A stretch of DNA of 64,000 bases from Sphingomonadales bacterium. GTDB lineage: Bacteria > Pseudomonadota > Alphaproteobacteria > Sphingomonadales > Sphingomonadaceae. Shown in pieces: positions 56,829-64,000 of this stretch. How positions within the stretch are numbered: the stretch's first letter is position 1; every line of letters begins with the position of its first letter. Where the stretch lies: contig JAGWPW010000056.1 in assembly GCA_028870315.1 (NCBI GenBank), positions 8,683-72,682 of the forward strand. The letters are read 5' to 3'. The notes beneath the pieces are model-generated. The model saw only the letters and a program-made list of their open reading frames with translations, was not told the DNA's origin and did no database searches. The translations under genes were made by a program, and so were the position numbers.

Positions 56829-59138
56829 TCAATTCCTCAAAGGTTTTCCGGTTTCGAGCATATGTTCGACCCGGGCGATGCTGCGCGGCTCGTGCAGCAG
56901 GCGCATGAAGGTTTCGCGTTCGAGCGTGAGCAGCTGCTCCTCGCTCACCGTTTCGGCGGGATCGGCGCCGCCGCCCGACAGCACCGTGGCGAGCGCGTCG
57001 GAGACGACCATGTCGTAGTCGGTGGCCAGCCCGCGCTTGTGAAAGCCTTGCGCCGCCATGCCGAGCGCGACGCGCCCGCTTTCTCCGGGCAGGCGAAATT
57101 CGGGCCTTGCCGGCGGGGTGTAGCCTTCGGCCAGCGCCAGCGCCCTGGCGCGCGCGTCGAACAGCAGCCGGTCGCGGTTCATGCTGATGCCGTCGCCGGG
57201 GCGCAGGAACAGCAGCGCCTTCGCTTCGGCAGCGGATTTGGAGACGGTGGCGACCGAGACCGTCTCGAACACCCTGGCGATCGCGGGCATCGGCCCCCGG
57301 GGCAGGCCGGGCGCCGCCTGCCAGCGCGCCAGCATCTCGCCATTGCCACCCCAGCCGGGGATGAGGCCGACGCCGCATTCGACGAGACCGGTGTACAGCT
57401 CGGCATGCGCCTGGATCGCGTCGCAATGGAGCAGGATCTCGCAGCCGCCACCCACCGCCAGCCCCGCGGGCGCGCCAACCACCGGGAAGGGCGCGTATTT
57501 GAGCGCCTTGTAAGCCGCCTGCCCGCCGGCGATGAGCTTCTCGATCTCGCCCCAGGCGGCGATGTTGAGCGCGAACAGCGCCAGCCCCAGATTGGCGCCC
57601 GCCGAGAAATTGTCGGCATCGGTATAGAGGACCAGCGCCTTGAAGCGGCTGGCGACGAGCGGGATCGCCTCGCCCAGCAATGCCATCACCTCGCCGTCGA
57701 GCGTGTTCATCTTGGCCGTGAATTCAAGCGCGGCCACCCCCTCGCCGACGTCCCACAGCGCCGCCGAGGCGCGCTTCAGGAGCGGCTTTGTGCCGAGCTT
57801 GATATCGGCGAGCCGCAGCACGCCTTCGGGCCGGACGATGTCGTGATAGGCGCCATCAAGGCCCAGAAACTGCCGCCTGCCGCCCTCGACCCGATAGAAG
57901 CTGCGATCGCCCGCCAGCGCCAGCAAGCGCGGCACCGCGCGGCCCTCGGCGGCAAGGCGTTCGGCAAGATAGCGCGCGCCAAGCTGGTCGATCATCGCGA
58001 AAGGGCCGGCTTTCCAGTTGTAGCCGAGGCTCATCGCATCATCGATCGCGACCACGTCCGCCGCGGCTTCGGGCAGCAGCGAGGCGGCATAGGCAAGCGT
58101 GTGCGAGAGCAGCGCCCAGGCGTATTCGCCGAGCTTGCCCTTGCTCTCGACCAGCGCCTTCAAAACGCCCCTGACCGGCGGGGGCTTTGCCTGCGGGCGG
58201 TATTCCCCGCTGGCAAGATCGATCGCCTCGCGCCGCTTTCCGGCCTCGCGGTTGACGCGGTAGAAGCCGCCCTTGCCCTTGCGGCCGGTATAGCCCCGGG
58301 CGATCATGTTCCCGATCAGCGCGATGTCGCGCGCGATCGCCTGATAGGGATCATCGCTTGCCAGCGTCGCGGTCAGGCTGTCCTTCAGATGCGGCATGAG
58401 GTCGATGCCGACAAGATCGACAAGTCCGAAGATGCCGGTCCTGGGCACCCCCATCGGCGGCCCGGCGACCGCATCGGCCTCCTCGACGGTGAGGCCGCGG
58501 TCGATCGCCTCGTTGATCCCGAGCTGAATCCAGAAGGTGCCGATGCGGTTGGCGATGAAGCCTGGCGTGTCGTGCGCGCGCACCACGCTCTTGCCCATGC
58601 CGACATCGGCGAAGTGGGCGATGCGCCCGGCGAGCGCGGCATCGGTGTCGGGCCCGGTGACCACTTCGAGCAGCCGCATAGAGCGCGGCGGATTGAAGAA
58701 ATGGGTGATGAGGAAGCTCTTGCGGAAGGCTTCGGAGCGGCCTGCGACGAGCTGCGCCAGCGGGATCGTCGAGGTGTTCGACGACACCGCGCAATCGGCG
58801 CGCTTCACCGCCTCCAGCTTCGCATAAAGCCCCTGCTTGATGTCGAGCCGCTCGATCACCGCCTCGATCACCCAGTCGCATTCGGCAACGCGCGCGAGAT
58901 CGTCCTCGATATTGCCGGGTTCGACGAGCTTCGCCGCGGCGGCGCTCATGAAGGGCGCAGGCTCGGTCTTGAGCATCTTCGCGACCGCACCGCTGGCAAT
59001 CGCGCTGCGATCACCGTCCCTGGCCGGAACGTCCAGCAAAAGCACCGGCACGCCGGCATTGGCCACCTGCGCGGCAATGCCCGCGCCCATGGTGCCTGCG
59101 CCGATCACGCAGACCTTCCTGATGGGCTCTGCGGTCAT
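56829..59138 (-). CDS. 3-hydroxyacyl-CoA dehydrogenase / enoyl-CoA hydratase (FadN-like, dehydrogenase domain first)
   Basis: VIGAGTMGAGIA, IEAVIE, SNTS, THFFNPPR, GFIANRIG, then crotonase FSAGANL, GGGCE, GL.P.WGG. Confidence 0.93.
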   Translation of the reverse strand: MTAEPIRKVCVIGAGTMGAGIAAQVANAGVPVLLLDVPARDGDRSAIASGAVAKMLKTEPAPFMSAAAAKLVEPGNIEDDLARVAECDWVIEAVIERLDIKQGLYAKLEAVKRADCAVSSNTSTIPLAQLVAGRSEAFRKSFLITHFFNPPRSMRLLEVVTGPDTDAALAGRIAHFADVGMGKSVVRAHDTPGFIANRIGTFWIQLGINEAIDRGLTVEEADAVAGPPMGVPRTGIFGLVDLVGIDLMPHLKDSLTATLASDDPYQAIARDIALIGNMIARGYTGRKGKGGFYRVNREAGKRREAIDLASGEYRPQAKPPPVRGVLKALVESKGKLGEYAWALLSHTLAYAASLLPEAAADVVAIDDAMSLGYNWKAGPFAMIDQLGARYLAERLAAEGRAVPRLLALAGDRSFYRVEGGRRQFLGLDGAYHDIVRPEGVLRLADIKLGTKPLLKRASAALWDVGEGVAALEFTAKMNTLDGEVMALLGEAIPLVASRFKALVLYTDADNFSAGANLGLALFALNIAAWGEIEKLIAGGQAAYKALKYAPFPVVGAPAGLAVGGGCEILLHCDAIQAHAELYTGLVECGVGLIPGWGGNGEMLARWQAAPGLPRGPMPAIARVFETVSVATVSKSAAEAKALLFLRPGDGISMNRDRLLFDARARALALAEGYTPPARPEFRLPGESGRVALGMAAQGFHKRGLATDYDMVVSDALATVLSGGGADPAETVSEEQLLTLERETFMRLLHEPRSIARVEHMLETGKPLRN

Positions 59139-60271
59139 TCCACCGCCTCCAGCACGGTGGCGATGCCCTGCCCGCCGCCGATGCATTGCGTGGCAAGCGC
59201 ATAGCGGCCGCCGCCGCGTTTGAGGAGCTGCGCCGCCTTGCCGACGATGCGCGCGCCGGTTGCGCCCAGCGGATGGCCAAGCGCGATCGCGCCGCCGTCG
59301 ATGTTCGTCCTTTCGCGATCGAGCCCCAGCTCGCCGATGCAGGCGAGCGCCTGGCTGGCGAAGGCCTCGTTGAGTTCGACCACGTCGAGATCGCCGACCG
59401 CCAGGCCTGCGCGCGCCAGCGCCTTGCGGCTGGCGACGATCGGCCCCAGCCCCATCACCTCGGGCGCGCAACCCGAGATCGCCACCGCCTTTATCCGCGC
59501 CAGCACCGGCAGGCCATGCGCCTTCGCGTAATCCTCGCTCGTCACCAACACCGCGCTCGCGCCGTCGGTCAGCGGCGAGGAGGTGCCGGCGGTGACCGTG
59601 CCCGCCGCATCGAAGGCGGGCTTGAGCGCTCCGAGCGCCTCGGCGGTGGTCTCGCCGCGGATGGTGCCGTCCCGGTCCACCGTCCCCGCCTTGCCCGCAA
59701 TCGCCACGATCTCCCCGGCGAACCGGCCGTCGGCTTGCGCGGCGGCGGCGCGCTGCTGGCTCGTCACCGCCAGCGCTTCCTGCTCGGCGCGGGGAATCTT
59801 GTACTGCCGCGCGACATTCTCGGCGGTTTCGCCCATGCTCATATAGGCGGCGCTTTTCTTCGCCAGCACCGGATTGGGCAGCGGATTGAAGCCCATCATC
59901 GGCACCCGGCTCATCGATTCGACACCCGCGCAGACGAACACCTCACCCGCGCCGACCGCGATCTGGCCCATGGCGATGTGTACCGCGCTCATCGACGAGC
60001 CGCAGAAGCGGTTGACGGTCATGCCGCCAACCGAAAGCGGCAGGTCGGCGAGCAGGGCGACCAGCCGGGCGACGTTGAGCCCCTGTTCGCCCTCCGGAAA
60101 GGCGCAGCCGAGGATCACATCCTCGATGTCGGCCGGGGCCACCCCGGTCTTGCCGATCAGTCCGCGAATCACCTGCGCGGCAAGATCGTCGGGCCGCACC
60201 CGCGCAAGCGCGCCCTTGCCGGCGAGGGTAAATGGCGAGCGGACAAAGCCAGTGATCACGGCCGATTTCAT
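59135..60271 (-). CDS. Acetyl-CoA C-acyltransferase (thiolase)
   Basis: NRFCGSS, NEAFA, GHPLGATG, CIGGGQG. Confidence 0.95.
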   Translation of the reverse strand: MKSAVITGFVRSPFTLAGKGALARVRPDDLAAQVIRGLIGKTGVAPADIEDVILGCAFPEGEQGLNVARLVALLADLPLSVGGMTVNRFCGSSMSAVHIAMGQIAVGAGEVFVCAGVESMSRVPMMGFNPLPNPVLAKKSAAYMSMGETAENVARQYKIPRAEQEALAVTSQQRAAAAQADGRFAGEIVAIAGKAGTVDRDGTIRGETTAEALGALKPAFDAAGTVTAGTSSPLTDGASAVLVTSEDYAKAHGLPVLARIKAVAISGCAPEVMGLGPIVASRKALARAGLAVGDLDVVELNEAFASQALACIGELGLDRERTNIDGGAIALGHPLGATGARIVGKAAQLLKRGGGRYALATQCIGGGQGIATVLEAVE

Positions 60272-60325
60272 GCAATCCTCCACATGGCAGTCTGTTGCCC
60301 CGGCAAACCGTCCTGCCCTATTTCC

Positions 60326-60356
60326 CTAATGGTGCAATTCTTTCCCTATACGTCAA
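60326..60356 (-). promoter_or_regulatory. Candidate long-spacer (MerR/LiuR-type) promoter-operator for the thiolase operon
   Basis: Minus strand TTGACG-19 nt-CATTAG. TTGACGTATAGGGAAA loosely resembles the LiuR palindrome, and TAGGGAAA is repeated at 20-bp spacing. Confidence 0.35.
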
Positions 60357-60425
60357 GAAAAATCTCGGCTAAGGATGCGGTCAGGCGGCCGTCGAGGCGG
60401 ACCGCCAGAAGAGAGGATAGGCCGA

Positions 60426-60860
60426 ATGAAGCCTGTGTCACCCCGCGTCGTCGCCGTTCTGACGCTGATGCTCGCCGCCGCGCCGGCGCGCGCGGCCCCT
60501 GCCGATGCGGTGCTCGGCCGCTGGGCGACGCCGTCGAAGCATGGCGTGGTCGAAATCACCCGCTGCGGCGCCTCGATCTGCGGCCGGCTGGTCAATGGCG
60601 ACGACATCCGCGCCAATGCCGATGCCCGTGACGTCAACAACCGCAACGTCGCGCAGCGCACAAGGCGGCTCAAGGATTTGACGATCATCCAGGGGTTCCG
60701 GCCCGATGGCGACAAATGGACCGACGGCAGCGTCTACAATCCCGAGGATGGCGGCACCTATCACGGTACGATCACCATCGACGGCGCCGATGCGCTGCGG
60801 CTCAAGGGCTGCATCTTCTGGCCCTTGTGCAAGACCCAGACCTGGACGCGGCTGCGCTGA
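60426..60860 (+). CDS. DUF2147 secreted protein
   Basis: Signal peptide, G.W, CGRL, G.VYNPEDG.TY, L..KGC......K.QTW.R. Confidence 0.9.
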   Translation: MKPVSPRVVAVLTLMLAAAPARAAPADAVLGRWATPSKHGVVEITRCGASICGRLVNGDDIRANADARDVNNRNVAQRTRRLKDLTIIQGFRPDGDKWTDGSVYNPEDGGTYHGTITIDGADALRLKGCIFWPLCKTQTWTRLR

Positions 60861-60925
60861 CGGCTGCGCCATGTTTTTAATTGTTGCGCGGTAAACCATA
60901 ATCATTCCGGTCAAAGGAGAGCGAA

Positions 60926-62224
60926 GTGACCGACACCAGAACCCGCCTGCTGATCGCAGGCACCGCCAGTGCCCTTGCCATGGGCTGGGCGGCCAGCGCC
61001 CGTGCGCAGGCCTTCTATATCCAGGAACAGTCGGTTCGCGGCCAGGGCCGTGCCTTCTCGGGCGAGGCGGCCGACACCGGGGTCGATTCCATGTGGTGGA
61101 ACCCCGCGGCGATCGGCGGCACCCAGGGGGTCGATGCCGCGCTCAACGCCAGCGCGATCCTGCCGCGCGGCGAGGTGGTGGATACCGGCTCGACGATCGC
61201 GCGCCCATTCCAGCCGGCAGCGCCCGTCGGCGGCAATGGCGTGATCCACAACCCGATCAGGAACGGCATCGTGCCTTCGGGCGCCATCGCGGTGGGCCGC
61301 GGCCGGATCGCTGTCGGGCTGGCGATCACCGCGCCCTACAATTTCACCACCAATTACGACGACAACAGCTTCACCCGCTACACCGCCGGGCATACCAGCC
61401 TGCGCACGATCGACATCCAGCCGTCGATCGCCTTCATGCCCACCGCCAATGTCAGCATCGGCGCGGGGGTGAATGTCGAGCATGTCAGCGCGAGCCTTGG
61501 CAATTTCCTGCCCAATTTCAGCGCCGCGCTGCCCGACGGCCAGGAAACGCTCGAAGGCAAGGGCTGGGATGTCGGCTGGTCGGCGGGTGTGCAATATCGC
61601 ACCCCGGTGGTCGAGCTGGGCCTTGCCTACAAGTCCTCGATCCGCCACAATATCAATGGTATGGTGACGGTCAGCGGGCTGCTGTTCCCGCTCGGCAGCG
61701 GCAATATGGCGACCGCGACCTCGGCAAGCTTCCGCACCCCCTGGCAGGCGATCGGCAGCATGCGGCTGCATGTCGGGCCGGGAGTGACGCTCGATGCGCA
61801 GATCACCCGACAGGGCTGGAGCAACTTCGACCAGATCACCCTCGGCGCCCCGCTCGGCACGGCAATCCCCGAGAATTACCGCGACATCACCACCTGGGCG
61901 ATCGGCGCCGATTACGAGCTGACCCGGCGCCTCGTATGGCGCGTCGGACTGCAACACGGCGACACCCCGACGCAGAACGGGCTGCGCGATGCAAGGGTGC
62001 CCGACGCGAACCGCTGGAACATCTCGACCGGCACCAGCTACAGCGTGTCGCATCGTCTGACGCTTGACGGCGCCTTCAGCTTCGTCTCGTTCAACGATGC
62101 GCCGATCAGCCGGCCCGAGGCGGCCTATGCCGGCACGCTGCTCCAGACCGGGATCTATCCCAACGGCTATATCAAGGACGCCTATGCGCTGGTCGCCTCG
62201 GTGGGCGGACGGATCCACTTCTGA
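60926..62224 (+). CDS. FadL/TodX-family outer-membrane long-chain fatty acid channel
   Basis: AFYIQEQS...GRAFSG, WWNPA, R.PDA.R, C-terminal Phe. GTG start with RBS aggag. Confidence 0.9.
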   Translation: MTDTRTRLLIAGTASALAMGWAASARAQAFYIQEQSVRGQGRAFSGEAADTGVDSMWWNPAAIGGTQGVDAALNASAILPRGEVVDTGSTIARPFQPAAPVGGNGVIHNPIRNGIVPSGAIAVGRGRIAVGLAITAPYNFTTNYDDNSFTRYTAGHTSLRTIDIQPSIAFMPTANVSIGAGVNVEHVSASLGNFLPNFSAALPDGQETLEGKGWDVGWSAGVQYRTPVVELGLAYKSSIRHNINGMVTVSGLLFPLGSGNMATATSASFRTPWQAIGSMRLHVGPGVTLDAQITRQGWSNFDQITLGAPLGTAIPENYRDITTWAIGADYELTRRLVWRVGLQHGDTPTQNGLRDARVPDANRWNISTGTSYSVSHRLTLDGAFSFVSFNDAPISRPEAAYAGTLLQTGIYPNGYIKDAYALVASVGGRIHF

Positions 62225-63930
62225 TGACAGTGGCGGCACGAAGCGATGGCGGCGGCGCGCAGGACGGGGGGCCGGATGGCGCCCCCCCGGCAACCGAGCC
62301 GATTCCGGGCTTCGCGCCGCGCCTGCTGACCGCGATGCTCGACACCGCGATCGCCCGGCATGGCGATTGGCCGGCAATCGACTTCATGGCGCGCAAATGG
62401 AGCTGGCGCGAACTTGGCGCGCTGGTCGATCGCGCCGCGCGCGGGCTTCAGGACCTCGGGATCCGGCCCGGCGCACGGGTGGCGCTGTGCCTGCCCAACA
62501 CGCCCTATTATGTCGCCGCCTATTTCGCGGTGCTGAAAATCGGCGCGGTGGTGGTCAATCTCAACCCGCTTTATACCGAACGCGAGCTTGAGCAGCTTAT
62601 CCGCGATTCGGGCGCCGACACGCTCATCGCCGCCGATCTGGCGATGGTGCTGCCCAAGCTCGAACCGCTGATCGGGCGCACGCCGCTCACGCGTGTTGTC
62701 GTCTGCCCGATCGCCGATGCTCTGCCGGTACTGAAGCGCGGCGCCTATCGCCTGTTCAAGCGCCACGATATCGCGGCGGTCCCCCATGATCTGCGCTTCA
62801 TTGGCTGGGCCGGGCTGACCGAGCGCGATGCCGCCCCCGATCCGGTGCCGCTCGATCCGCATGGCCTTGCGGTGCTGCAATATACCGGTGGCACCACCGG
62901 GCTTCCCAAGGGGGCGATGCTCAGCCACGCCAACCTCGCCGCCAATTCGGCGCAGATGGTCGCGCATGTCGGCCACATGCCCGATCGCCAGGAACGCACG
63001 CTCGGCGTGCTGCCGCTGTTCCATGTCTTCGCGCTGACGACGGTGCTCAATTACTCGGTCGATACCGCCGCCGAAATGATCCTGCTGCCGCGCTTCGAGA
63101 TGGCGAGCTTCCTCGACACCGTGCGGCGCACCCGGCCGACGCAGTTCTTCGGCGTGCCCACGCTTTATACCGCGCTCAATGGCGAGGCGATTGGCGGGCT
63201 GTTCGACGAGGTGCGCGTCTGCGTCTCGGGTGGCGCGCCGCTGCCGCTCGATGTCCGCCAGAATTTCGAGGCCAAGACCGGGCGGCGGGTGGTCGAGGGC
63301 TACGGCCTTTCCGAAGCCAGCCCGATCATCGCCTGCAACCCCATCGAAGGCGTGGTCAAGGACAACAGCTGTGGCCCCGCCTTTCCCGGCACGGCCATCG
63401 AAATCCGCGATCCCGAGGACATCAACCGGCTGATGAAGCAGGGCGAGAAGGGCGAGGTCTGCGCGCGCGGACCGCAGGTGATGAAGGCCTATTGGAACCG
63501 GCCGCAGGAAACCGAAGACGCCTTCGTCTATGGCGCGCTGCGCACCGGCGACATCGGCTATCTCGATGCCGACGGCTATCTGTTCCTCGTCGATCGCATC
63601 AAGGACATGATCCTTGCCGGCGGCTACAACGTCTATCCGCGGATCATCGAGGATGCGATCTACGAGCATCCCGCCGTCGCCGAGGCGGTGGTGATCGGCA
63701 TTCCCGATCCCTATCGCGGGCAGACGCCCAAGGCCTTCGTCGCGCTGCGCCCCGGCCGGCATCTGGGCGCCGATGAGCTGCTCGCCTTCCTTGGCGAAAG
63801 GCTCAACAAGATCGAGATGCCGACCGCGGTCGAATTCCGCGACAGCCTGCCCAAGACGCTGATCGGCAAGCTTTCAAAGAAGGAGCTCGTCGAGGAAGAG
63901 GCGGCGCGCGCCGCCGCTGCGGGCGCGTGA
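62224..63930 (+). CDS. Long-chain fatty-acid-CoA ligase (FadD-like)
   Basis: YTGGTTGLPKG, EGYGLSE, RTGDIG, DR.KDMI..GG.NVYP, KTLIGK. Confidence 0.93.
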   Translation: MTVAARSDGGGAQDGGPDGAPPATEPIPGFAPRLLTAMLDTAIARHGDWPAIDFMARKWSWRELGALVDRAARGLQDLGIRPGARVALCLPNTPYYVAAYFAVLKIGAVVVNLNPLYTERELEQLIRDSGADTLIAADLAMVLPKLEPLIGRTPLTRVVVCPIADALPVLKRGAYRLFKRHDIAAVPHDLRFIGWAGLTERDAAPDPVPLDPHGLAVLQYTGGTTGLPKGAMLSHANLAANSAQMVAHVGHMPDRQERTLGVLPLFHVFALTTVLNYSVDTAAEMILLPRFEMASFLDTVRRTRPTQFFGVPTLYTALNGEAIGGLFDEVRVCVSGGAPLPLDVRQNFEAKTGRRVVEGYGLSEASPIIACNPIEGVVKDNSCGPAFPGTAIEIRDPEDINRLMKQGEKGEVCARGPQVMKAYWNRPQETEDAFVYGALRTGDIGYLDADGYLFLVDRIKDMILAGGYNVYPRIIEDAIYEHPAVAEAVVIGIPDPYRGQTPKAFVALRPGRHLGADELLAFLGERLNKIEMPTAVEFRDSLPKTLIGKLSKKELVEEEAARAAAAGA

Positions 63931-64000
63931 GCGGACCGCCAAGCCGCACCCGCCGCCCCGCCCCCGGCGAGCTGATGGGCATCCAGGAGGCGGCGAGCAC
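63927..64000 (+). CDS. Start of a truncated ORF, possibly a MerR-family regulator
   Basis: GTGA overlap with the ligase stop. ...ELMGIQEAAS resembles a MerR HTH start, but only 24 codons are visible. Confidence 0.35.
   Translation, partial: MSGPPSRTRRPAPGELMGIQEAAS

Overview
64 kb of a very GC-rich alphaproteobacterial chromosome. Gene content and order look sphingomonad-like (inference, probably Novosphingobium or a relative). About 1-28 kb is mostly core genes: xerC (3' part), dedA, gshB, yraN, rsmI, an LpoA-like lipoprotein, parE, a MoxR/vWA pair, namZ-like, tyrS, cysK, hisI, recJ, two tRNA-Glu, phoR-phoU-phoB and panB. About 28-55 kb is an accessory-looking catabolic/scavenging stretch with three TonB-dependent receptors, a TauD dioxygenase, a sterol-desaturase-family protein, a GNAT, TetR and LysR regulators, VIT1, a secreted phosphoesterase, a TPR-sulfotransferase, an orphan LuxE/LuxC pair and a nine-CxxCH cytochrome. 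About 55-64 kb is a fatty-acid uptake and beta-oxidation cluster. I saw no transposase, phage gene or CRISPR array. The best leads are (1) an unannotated ~200-nt multi-hairpin RNA-like element with an intrinsic terminator lying tail-to-tail with a stand-alone AHH (HNH) nuclease and its possible immunity partner, (2) a luciferase-less LuxE-LuxC-LysR-SDR unit with a LysR-type dyad upstream, (3) a pho operon lacking pstSCAB but keeping a triple Pho box, plus a Pho-box-preceded phosphoesterase, and (4) the orphan 1+8-heme cytochrome. All calls come from motif reading only, with no database searches. Start codons were chosen by eye and many supplied ORFs are GC-shadow frames.
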